DNA from: an uncultured Planctomycetota bacterium
GTDB taxonomy: Bacteria > Planctomycetota > Planctomycetia > Isosphaerales > Isosphaeraceae
NCBI GenBank assembly: GCA_963823665.1
Contig: CAWGMQ010000011.1
Span: 256,001 to 320,000 of the forward strand
Reading direction: 5' to 3'
Length of the DNA: 64,000 bases
Shown here: positions 45,153-53,620 of the stretch, one piece after another
Layout of the letters: every line of letters starts with the position of its first letter
Numbering within the stretch: position 1 is the first letter of the stretch
Made by a program: the position numbers and the translations under genes
The notes under the pieces: model-generated
Told to the model about the DNA's origin: nothing
Seen by the model: only the letters and a program-made list of their open reading frames with translations
Database searches by the model: none

Positions 45153-45860
45153 ATGTCTGCAAAAGAGATCCTCGAAGAGCTCAAAACATTCGGATCGCCA
45201 AGCATCAAGAAGGTGCTCAAGAACCACGGCGTTCAAGAGCCGTTCTTCGGCGTGAAGATCGGTGACATGAAAAAGATTCAGAAGCGAATCAAGAAAGACT
45301 ATCAACTCGCGCTCGATCTGTACGACACCGGCAATTACGACGCCATGTACCTGGCCGGGCTGGTCGCCGACGATGCCAAGATGACCAAAAAGGACCTCAA
45401 TCACTGGGCAATAACCGCGGTTGGAGGCGCACTGGCGTGTGCCACTGTCCCCTGGGTCGCAGCCGGAAGTAACCACGGCTACGAGATCGCGCTGGAGTGG
45501 ATCGAATCCGAAAAAGAAAACGTCGCGAGCGCCGGGTGGTCGACTCTGAGCAGCCTGGTCGCCCTGAAGGATGACGACGATCTTGACTTGCCCGGTCTGA
45601 AGCGACTCGTCGAGCGCGTCCGGAAGACGATTCATCAGCAGCCCGACGACGTGCGCGAAGCCATGAACGGCTTCTTGATCGCAATAGGCACCTACGTGCA
45701 GGAACTGAGCGACCTCGCTGCTCAGGCCGCGAAAAAGGTCGGCAAGGTTACGGTCGACATGGGTGAGACCGCTTGCGAGGTACCCGACGCGCTGGAGCGC
45801 ATCCAGAAGGCTCGCGAGACCGGAGTCATTGGTAAGAAACGCAAGACTGTGAAGTGCTAA
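45153..45860 (+). CDS. DNA alkylation repair (AlkD-like) protein
   Basis: FFGVKIGDMKKI, LALDLYDTGNYDAMYLAG, VDMGETAC.VPDA, GKKRKTVKC. Confidence 0.85.
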   Translation: MSAKEILEELKTFGSPSIKKVLKNHGVQEPFFGVKIGDMKKIQKRIKKDYQLALDLYDTGNYDAMYLAGLVADDAKMTKKDLNHWAITAVGGALACATVPWVAAGSNHGYEIALEWIESEKENVASAGWSTLSSLVALKDDDDLDLPGLKRLVERVRKTIHQQPDDVREAMNGFLIAIGTYVQELSDLAAQAAKKVGKVTVDMGETACEVPDALERIQKARETGVIGKKRKTVKC

Positions 45861-47262
45861 GCTGGCGCGTCCTCAACTCGCGGCTGTCCTGTCCGGGGCA
45901 CTTTCCCGCGCTTGGACTGCCCGGTGCCGCGCTCGCTTGCCAGGAAGGCCTGGATTCTCGGGTCAATCCGCTGCACGATCACGCTCCGCGCGGCAATCCG
46001 GCGGGCCTTCCTTGAGAGTGCGGCAGCGGCAGCGCCCGCGAATCGCTTCGGATCGCGATCGCCCCGGTGCAGCGCCAGCAGTTGAAACAGCGATGACCCG
46101 CCGGGCAGCCCTCGATAACCTTTTCGCAAGGCTTGCTCGATCGAGATCCATTTCTCGCGCGCCTGGCCGGGTACTGCCCCCGAGGTCGCTTTCGGCCAGT
46201 CGCCGGTCTGGGCGTGAAACGCGTCGGCCCATTTCAGGATCTGATCAATCGTGAGCGGCTGTGTGTGCCATGCATGCCTCATCCAGCCCTGCTCGACGAG
46301 CAATCGGGCGATCGACGTTCCACCCGGCAGGCCGCGTCGCCCGCTCACGAGCGCGTTGGAAACGGATTGCCACGTCTCGCCGGGTGCCTCACGAATCGGT
46401 CCTGACCTCGGGTTGGGCCATCGCTTTGTCCGGGCATGGAATGCTTCGGCCCACTTCAGAATCTGGGGGGTTTCAAGCGGCGGAGCGTAGTGCTGCGAGC
46501 GCACCTGGCGCCGCGCGATGAGCAGCCGGGGCAGCGATGAGCCACCCGGCAGTCCGCGTTGCCCGCTGTAAAGAGCGAAGTTGATCGCCGACCACGTCTC
46601 CTCAGGCGCCTCGAGAATCGCCACGGCCTTCGACCGGGGCCAGCGCCCGGTCCGACTGTATTCCGCGTCAGCCCACGCCAGGATCTGCTCCTCGGAGAGT
46701 GGCGCGCGATGGTCCGCCAGACGCTCCAGCATCAGCAGCCGCGCAATGAAGAACCACCCGGCATCCCTCGCCTTCCCGCGCGAAGCGCCTCGTCCACAAT
46801 GCCCCAACTGACACCGCCGGTGCCCGGAATCTCGCCCGAGGACGCCTTCGGCCACTCACCCGTCCGGACGCGCCAGACCTCCGCCCACGAAAGAATGTCG
46901 TCGATCGTCAACCGCGGCACGGCCCCGCCTTTCGCGCGTCGATGTTCGTCGATCAACCCCGCGAGCGCCCGTCGGCGCCGGAAGCCGCGCATCCCCAGCA
47001 AGAGCGCCGCAGCCACCAGCAGCCACGTCTCCCCGGGTGCCTCGGGTATCGGCCCCGATGCAAAAGTGGGCCAATCACCGTGACGCGAGAAAAAGCCGTC
47101 GGCCCACGACAGAACCTCATTCTCGTCCAGGTCGCGCGGCCCACCACGCCGTGTCCAATCCGCCTCCGCTTCCTCTCTAAGAAAGCGAAACCAGTGCGCG
47201 TGCAGATGCCGCCGGCGGCTTTTCCAATTCGTGGGGAGACCGAGTGACGATTCATGTTGCAT
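45857..47262 (-). CDS. Hypothetical protein of five ~73-aa tandem repeats; frameshift near 46745
   Basis: Repeat L...QIL.WAD.....TG.WP...SG.I..AP.ETW..V..AL..G.RGLPGGSSL..LL occurs twice in ORF 46732..47262 and three times in ORF 45857..46855; start uncertain. Confidence 0.8.
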
Positions 47263-47644
47263 CCTGATTTCTCCGCTACAACGGCCCGCTCATCTCCACC
47301 GCAGCCGGCCGGGCCGCAGTCCCGCTCCATGTATCGGCTATGAACCATGTGTGCCATAAAAAGCGTACGCAAGAGTGCGCGGCGGGACGTTTGAGTGACG
47401 AGAGCGAGCGCGAGTCGGTGGGGCGGGCGTTTTGCTGGTGGCCGGCCCTGATCGGCGGGCAGTCTCATGCGAGTCCGCGGGCTCTGGCTCGGCAGGCGCG
47501 CAGCGCTCTGCCGTGGCAACCTCCGAATCGGGCTCCACTCCCTCGCTCCGGCACGGATTACCTGGTATAAGCTTGTCGCGACGGGGGGCCTGGCATGGCC
47601 GTTATTCCGCTGTTCGACTCGCACCTGAGGAGAGTTTTGCCCCG

Positions 47645-49264
47645 ATGGCCGGCACACAGCGAATCCAGCATGTCGTGGTGCTGATGCTCGAGAACCGCTC
47701 GTTTGATCACATCTTCGGATATCGACCGGGTGTCAATGGGCTCAGCGGCAGCGAATTTAACTTGATCGAGCCCACAAAGCCCATCTCCGAACACAACCCC
47801 GCCTACTACGTCAGCAATGGTGCCCCCTTTGCCGTGCCCGTCGGCCAAGGGCCGGGCCATTCCTTCGCCGATGCAAATATTCAACAATTCAACAACAAGA
47901 ACGGCCCGGCTCGCGGCTTCCCCGCCAGGAATTCAGGCTTCGTCCGGAGCTACCAGACGGAGCTCCTCTTCGCCGACCGCGTCCGGCACGCAACCCCCGG
48001 CGAGGTCCGCGTCGTGATGGAAGCATTCGCGCCCGGCCGGCTGCCGTCGATCGATGCCTTGGCCGACGCATTCTGCGTCTGCGACAACTGGTATTCTGAA
48101 GTCCCGGGCCCGACACAGCCCAACCGCCTGTATATGCATGCCGCCACCTCGGCGGGCTACGCCTTGAACGACTGGTCGCACATCTTTGACTTCCGCACGA
48201 TTTACAACAGCTTGCAGGATGCCGGCCACTCCTGGGCCACCTATGACTTCGACCAGAACGAAGTCCAGGAGTTTTCACAGGTGAACAAACAAAAAGCATG
48301 TTTCCGCGACTTTGCGACGTCGTTTGCCTCGGATGTGCAGTCGGGTAAGCTGCCTGACTACTCGTTCGTCATTCCCCGGTTCATGAGCGCCGATTCCCCC
48401 GCCAATTCCCAGCACCCGCCCCAGGACGCCCGCTACGGCGATAACCTGATCGCCGACGTCTACGATGCGCTCCGGGCCAATAATGACGTCTGGCAGAAGA
48501 GCGTGCTGATCGTGTTGTATGACGAGCACGGGGGATTATACGACCACGTGATTCCGCCCTCGGAAGGCATTCCCAACCCCGACGGCATCAACTCACCGCC
48601 GCCGGGCTCCACGGTTTCCTGGGCGCCCCAGTTCAATTTCGATCGGCTGGGGCTGCGCGTGCCGGTGGTCATCGCGTCGCCCTGGGTGGCCAGGGGGAGA
48701 GTCGATTCCACTCGCTACCAGCACACGTCGGTGCTCGCGACGCTCAAGGCACTCTTCGGCCTTCCCAGCTTCCTGACCAAGCGCGACGCGTCGGCCAATA
48801 GCTTCGAGTCACTCTTCTCGGAGCTCTCGGCCCCGCGCACCGATACGCCCGAGACGCTCCCTCGCGCCACGCCCCCGCCCATAACCGTATCGCGTGACGA
48901 CCCGACGCACCCGGCCAATCAGCCGATGGATGTCACTCAGACCGAGATCGTGATGGGCGTGCACCAGATGGTTCGCGCGGCTGACCCCCGGATCGTCGAC
49001 GGAGCCGACCTGCACATGACCCAGGGTGACGCATCCACGTTCGTCCGCTGGGCCTATGCTCACATGTCCAAGCTAGCCAAATCGGCCGGCCAATTCCAGG
49101 TATACCGTTCGCGCGAGAAGTATCACTGGCGTCTCTGCGACTCGAAAGGCAAGCTGCTCGCCGAAGCCCCGGCAGGCTACGCGCGCCGCTCCGCGGCCCT
49201 GGCAGCCGTGAAGCATCTTCAAGCCGCCATCGCCAGCGCGAAGCTCAGCGAGGAAGGGCACTGA
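47645..49264 (+). CDS. Phosphoesterase/phospholipase C family protein with C-terminal YegP/DUF1508-like domain
   Basis: HVVVLMLENRSFDH, PGPTQPNR, YDEHGGLYDHV.PP, LGLRVP...SPW, YQHTSV; tail FQVYR...YHWRL....GKLLA....GY.R...A..AV. Confidence 0.88.
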   Translation: MAGTQRIQHVVVLMLENRSFDHIFGYRPGVNGLSGSEFNLIEPTKPISEHNPAYYVSNGAPFAVPVGQGPGHSFADANIQQFNNKNGPARGFPARNSGFVRSYQTELLFADRVRHATPGEVRVVMEAFAPGRLPSIDALADAFCVCDNWYSEVPGPTQPNRLYMHAATSAGYALNDWSHIFDFRTIYNSLQDAGHSWATYDFDQNEVQEFSQVNKQKACFRDFATSFASDVQSGKLPDYSFVIPRFMSADSPANSQHPPQDARYGDNLIADVYDALRANNDVWQKSVLIVLYDEHGGLYDHVIPPSEGIPNPDGINSPPPGSTVSWAPQFNFDRLGLRVPVVIASPWVARGRVDSTRYQHTSVLATLKALFGLPSFLTKRDASANSFESLFSELSAPRTDTPETLPRATPPPITVSRDDPTHPANQPMDVTQTEIVMGVHQMVRAADPRIVDGADLHMTQGDASTFVRWAYAHMSKLAKSAGQFQVYRSREKYHWRLCDSKGKLLAEAPAGYARRSAALAAVKHLQAAIASAKLSEEGH

Positions 49265-49340
49265 GACTCAGATCACCACCGCGTGACCGCCGGCCCGCCG
49301 CCAGGCTTCCCCTGACAACGGGCGTTCCCCCGGTTAATAT

Positions 49341-49468
49341 AGTGTCGCCGTTCGCTCCGCGAAGGGACTTCTTTGTAGCAGGCACACCCCGTGTGCCGTC
49401 CGCACAGTGTCGCCCTTCGCTCCGCGAAGGGACTTTACTGTAGCAGGCACACTCCGTGTGCCGACCGC
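49341..49468. repeat. Two tandem 65-bp units, each with a GTAG-type REP hairpin
   Basis: TGTCGCC(G/C)TTCGCTCCGCGAAGGG followed by GTAGCA-GGCACAC-N3-GTGTGCC, twice; a related TGTCGCCCTTCGCTCCCGCGAAGGG lies at 19371. Confidence 0.8.
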
Positions 49469-49494
49469 CGAGTTACTGACAAGAGGCACAGATT

Positions 49495-49971
49495 TTGAAC
49501 CGAATCGCGCTGGCCCTTCGGGCCTTCTGGCGTGTGCTGACCGATCAAGACTTCGCGGCGCGGGTTGAACCGCTCTTCTCAAAGGCCCCCACGGGCCCCG
49601 ACCTTCGCGTACTGGCCGTGCTCCAGCGCGACGGGCGCCTGGTCGATTTTCTGGAGGAGGAAATCGACGGCTACAGCGACGCCCAGGTCGGCGCTGCGGT
49701 CCGCGACATCCACCGCTCCTGCCGCAAATCCCTGCACGACTATCTCACCATCGCGCCGGTCATCTCCGGCGCCGAGGAAGAGCGCGTCACGATCCCGGCG
49801 GATTTCGACCCCGCCGCAATCCGCCTGGTTGGCAACGTCACCGGCAGTCCGCCCTTCCAGGGCGTCTTGAAGCATCACGGCTGGCGCGTCAGCTCGGTGC
49901 ACCTCCCGGTGCTGCCGGTTGCCCGCGATGACTCTTCCGTGCTCTCGCCGGCCGAAGTGGAGATCCCCTGA
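49495..49971 (+). CDS. DUF2760 domain protein
   Basis: LQRDGRLVDFL.E.I..YSDAQVGAAVR.IH, IRLVGNV.G.PPF.G.L.HHGW, PAEVE. Confidence 0.88.
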   Translation: MNRIALALRAFWRVLTDQDFAARVEPLFSKAPTGPDLRVLAVLQRDGRLVDFLEEEIDGYSDAQVGAAVRDIHRSCRKSLHDYLTIAPVISGAEEERVTIPADFDPAAIRLVGNVTGSPPFQGVLKHHGWRVSSVHLPVLPVARDDSSVLSPAEVEIP

Positions 49972-51782
49972 TGTCTCGCTATGTGATCGGGATCGATCTG
50001 GGAACGACCAATTCGGCGCTTGCGTATGTTGACTCGACAGCCGCCGCGGACAATGCCGCCGCGCCCGTCGAGCGCTTCGGCATTCCCCAGGTCGTCGCCG
50101 TGAATGATGTCTCGGAGAGGTCAGTGCTCCCCTCGTTTCTTTACATTGCCTCGCCGAAGGAGTTTCCGCCGGGTGCCCTCGAGCTGCCCTGGAAAGGTCC
50201 CCAGGAGCGCGCGGTCGGCTCGTTCGCCCGCGACCACGGCGCAAAGGTTCCCGTGCGTCTGGTCGGCTCGGCCAAGAGCTGGCTCTCGCACCAGGGCGTC
50301 GACAGGCGGTCGGCCATCCTGCCATGGTCTGCCCCCGAGGATGTTCCGCGGGTCTCGCCCGTCGATGCGTCGTCGGCATTCCTCGAGCATCTGCGCGAGG
50401 CCTGGAACGCGCGCAAGCCTGCCAAGGCCACTGCCGAGCGGCTCGAGAATCAAGAGATCCTGCTGACCGTTCCCGCATCGTTCGACCCGGATGCCCGCGA
50501 GCTGACGATCGAGGCGGCTAACAAGGCCGGTCTCAAGAATGTCACGCTGCTTGAGGAGCCGCAGGCCGCCTTCTACGCCTGGCTCGCGTGCCAGGGCGAA
50601 AAATGGCGCAAGAAAGTGAAAGCAGGCGACATCATCCTGGTGTGTGACGTCGGCGGCGGCACGACCGACTTCACGTTGATCGCCGTCAAGGATGAAGCGG
50701 GTGACCTGGTGCTCTCGCGTCTGGCGGTGGGCGAGCACATCCTCCTGGGCGGCGACAACATGGACCTCGCCCTGGCCTACGCGGTAGCCGGCACGCTGCC
50801 CAAGGGCATGGAGGGCCTCGACACGTCCCAGCGCATCGCCCTGCTCTACGCCTGCCGGGGCGCCAAGGAATTGCTCTTCACCGAGCCCAAGAAGACCGTG
50901 GCGCCCGTGAGTGTGCTCGGCCGTGGTTCCAAGGTGATCGGGGGCTCGATCAAGACCGAGCTGACTCGCGAGATGCTGAATTCGGTGCTACTCGAGGGTT
51001 TCCTGCCGTCGTGTGGGCCAACGGATCTCCCTGCTCGCGGCCGCCGGACCGGCTTGACAGAGATCGGTCTTCCGTATGCGGCGGATGCCGCAATCACGCG
51101 CCACCTGGCGCGGTTCCTAGGTCAGCAAGCGGGCTCGCTGCATTCGGGCGGGCCGCTCGTGTTGCCGTCGGCAGTGTTATTCAACGGCGGCGTGTTCAAG
51201 GCCCGCGAATTGCGGCGGCGCGTTCTCGACGTGCTTTCAAGCTGGGTAGGGCGCGCGGTCCCCGAGCTCGAGTCGTCTGATCTGGATCTGGCCGTCGCGC
51301 ATGGGGCGGCATATTACGGACAAGTTCGTCGCGGCAAGGGCGTGCGGATTCGCGGTGGTGTTTCGCGGTCGTATTACGTCGGTCTGGAAACAGCCGCCCC
51401 CGCAGTCCCGGGCATTCCGCCGCCGATCAAGGCGCTCTGTGTTGTCCCCATGGGCATGGAAGAAGGCACGGAGACCGATGTTCCCGGCCCCGAGATCGGC
51501 CTGATCGTCGGCGAGCCGGTCCATTTTCGCTTCCTGGGCTCGACCGTCCGCCGCGACGATGCACCAGGCACAATCCTCGACCGCTGGAGCAGCGACGAGC
51601 TCGAGGAGCTCACTCCCCTGGAAACAGCCCTCGAAGCCGCCGACCTCAAGCCCGGCGAGCCCGTCCCCGTGCGCCTGCACTCGCGAGTCAACGAAGTCGG
51701 CACCCTCGAGCTCGCCTGCCAGAGCACCCGCGATCAAAGGCGCTGGAAACTAGAATACAGCGTGCGCGAACCAACCGAGTAA
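49971..51782 (+). CDS. Hsp70-family protein (DUF2760-associated, not canonical DnaK)
   Basis: GIDLGTTNS, TVPASF, EEPQAA, DVGGGTTD, GGDNMD, LFNGG, DLAVAHGAA. Confidence 0.9.
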   Translation: MSRYVIGIDLGTTNSALAYVDSTAAADNAAAPVERFGIPQVVAVNDVSERSVLPSFLYIASPKEFPPGALELPWKGPQERAVGSFARDHGAKVPVRLVGSAKSWLSHQGVDRRSAILPWSAPEDVPRVSPVDASSAFLEHLREAWNARKPAKATAERLENQEILLTVPASFDPDARELTIEAANKAGLKNVTLLEEPQAAFYAWLACQGEKWRKKVKAGDIILVCDVGGGTTDFTLIAVKDEAGDLVLSRLAVGEHILLGGDNMDLALAYAVAGTLPKGMEGLDTSQRIALLYACRGAKELLFTEPKKTVAPVSVLGRGSKVIGGSIKTELTREMLNSVLLEGFLPSCGPTDLPARGRRTGLTEIGLPYAADAAITRHLARFLGQQAGSLHSGGPLVLPSAVLFNGGVFKARELRRRVLDVLSSWVGRAVPELESSDLDLAVAHGAAYYGQVRRGKGVRIRGGVSRSYYVGLETAAPAVPGIPPPIKALCVVPMGMEEGTETDVPGPEIGLIVGEPVHFRFLGSTVRRDDAPGTILDRWSSDELEELTPLETALEAADLKPGEPVPVRLHSRVNEVGTLELACQSTRDQRRWKLEYSVREPTE

Positions 51783-51787
51783 CGATC

Positions 51788-52291
51788 ATGAACACCCCCA
51801 TCCTCAAAATCGAAGGCTCCGTCGACCACCCCCTGGCCCTCACCTACACCGACCTCGCGGCCTTTCCCGTGTCGGCCCAGTTTGCCGATGTCTCGCGGCT
51901 CCATCCCACTCGCCGCGGCGATGGCGTCACCCTCGACGCCATCCTGGACCAAGCCCGCATTCGCCCCAGCGCAAACTTCGTGATCCTGCACGCCGACCGC
52001 GACGATTTCCACGTCTGCGTGCCGCTCGAATCGATCAGGGGCCAGGGCATCGTCGTGTACAAGATCGGCTCAGACCCCCTGGCCACCGAGCACGGCGGCC
52101 CGATCCGCCTGATCATCCGCGATCCTTCCGCCTGCCACACCGGCGACCTCGACGACTGCGCCAATGTGAAGTACCTGAGCCGCGTCGAGCTCACCGACCG
52201 CCGCGGCCGCGACACCCGCCCGGAAACGGAGGCGGCACACACGGCCCTGCACGAGGCGCAAGCCGGACCGGCAAGCGAACCATCTGCTTGA
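51788..52291 (+). CDS. Molybdopterin-dependent oxidoreductase-like domain protein
   Basis: L.I.G.VDHP, GVTL..IL, PL..EHGGPIRLII, NVKYL.R.EL. Confidence 0.7.
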   Translation: MNTPILKIEGSVDHPLALTYTDLAAFPVSAQFADVSRLHPTRRGDGVTLDAILDQARIRPSANFVILHADRDDFHVCVPLESIRGQGIVVYKIGSDPLATEHGGPIRLIIRDPSACHTGDLDDCANVKYLSRVELTDRRGRDTRPETEAAHTALHEAQAGPASEPSA

Positions 52292-52373
52292 TCCGTGCTT
52301 GCGGCTCCCTGATTCCGGGAGTGCGAGGCTCACGCCGAGCCGCGCCTGCGTGTACTGACCCTGGTTCCGCCGC

Positions 52374-52937
52374 TCAATCCTCGTCCAGCCCCATCAGCCT
52401 ACTGATCACGCACGGGTCAATAACTTCCTCGACGCTGCTCGGGCCGTTTTGGAATTGCTCGAACAAATCCTCAAGACCTTGGAGAATTCCATCAACCGTT
52501 CGAGGTGGATTCGTGGCCAAGTCGATAAGCTCCATCGCCGAGTAAGCCGCCCGGCGAACACGGTCTTCTTCAATTCGATTGGTAAGTATTGTGTGCAGGA
52601 ATCTCACGATTTCAGCGCGGTGCCTGTAAGTGCCGAGCTCGCCGAGCCACGTGATCGCCATCGACCGAACGCTTGGGGCGGGATCATCCACTGCGAGTCG
52701 TTCGAAGATCTGCTTGTAGTCCGGCAAAGCTTGATCAAACTTCCCTAGAAAGTTCACCGCACACTCTCTTTTTTCAACGTCGGTGTCGCTTAACAACGCC
52801 CGCACCAAATCCGGGTCATTCTTGAGAATTTCAACCGAATGCCCAAGCTTGGCCTCGATGTCAGCTTTGAAGTGGGCCTCGAGGTCGCGTTGTGACGTGC
52901 TCAAACTCTGCATCAACTCATAAAGGTCCCACGACAT
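52374..52937 (-). CDS. HEAT-repeat protein
   Basis: LLSDTDVEKRECAV, DDPAPSVRSMAITWLG, EEDRVRRAAYSA; GGAG RBS. Confidence 0.7.
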   Translation of the reverse strand: MSWDLYELMQSLSTSQRDLEAHFKADIEAKLGHSVEILKNDPDLVRALLSDTDVEKRECAVNFLGKFDQALPDYKQIFERLAVDDPAPSVRSMAITWLGELGTYRHRAEIVRFLHTILTNRIEEDRVRRAAYSAMELIDLATNPPRTVDGILQGLEDLFEQFQNGPSSVEEVIDPCVISRLMGLDED

Positions 52938-53259
52938 CGATCCACTCCGATTCACGCGCCCTCGGTCAAGTTCATCCGCAACGGTCTTTTCATAAGAGCG
53001 ATTGGCGGGGCTACAACCCAGGCGCGATCCGCGCGGTGTGGTCATAATCATGCGCCGTGACGCAATACGGTTCGCCTAATGCTACCATCAGACCGCCTTC
53101 CTCAGCCATGAACTGCTTGAGCTTGGCCAAGACAAACACTGTGCAACTCTGGGCTGATGGAAATCGTGGGTTTTTTGGGACCGTTTCGGGTTGACACCTG
53201 GGACTGGAATTGTTGCGCTGTGCACCGTTGTGGCAGGATGCCCCCTTCGGAGATTTCGC

Positions 53260-53620
53260 ATGGACGCGACGACACAGACGTGCCAACAGGACGAACAGCC
53301 GGCCTACACAACTTCCAAGCAAGTGCAAGCTTGGTTCCTTAGACGCAGCCGCGACCGCTGGAAGAGAAAACACTCAAAACTCAAGGTAGAGTCCAAGCGG
53401 CTCCGCCAGCGCGTCTCGGACGTTTGCAGTAGCCGAGATAGTTGGCGGAGCGAAGCTAAAGCGGCCCGTGAAGAGGCGCAGAGCTGCAGGCTCAGAACGC
53501 CGCTCTTCAGGCTCAACTCGTCGCACACACAGACGAAGCTCAAAAAAAAAGTAGCCGGCTCTCTCGCCTTGTTTGATGACCCGTCTTTCGCGGAAACACC
53601 CGCCGACCACGGCTATTCAT
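53260..53620 (+). pseudogene. 5' part (OrfA, coiled coil) of the outer IS transposase
   Basis: WFLRRSRDRWK.K...SRDSWR; A9 run at 53542..53550; ends ADHGYS at the insertion point. Confidence 0.7.

Noticed and set aside
49971..51782. Canonical dnaK
   Set aside because: It lacks the DnaK substrate-binding domain motifs and there is no dnaJ or grpE nearby.
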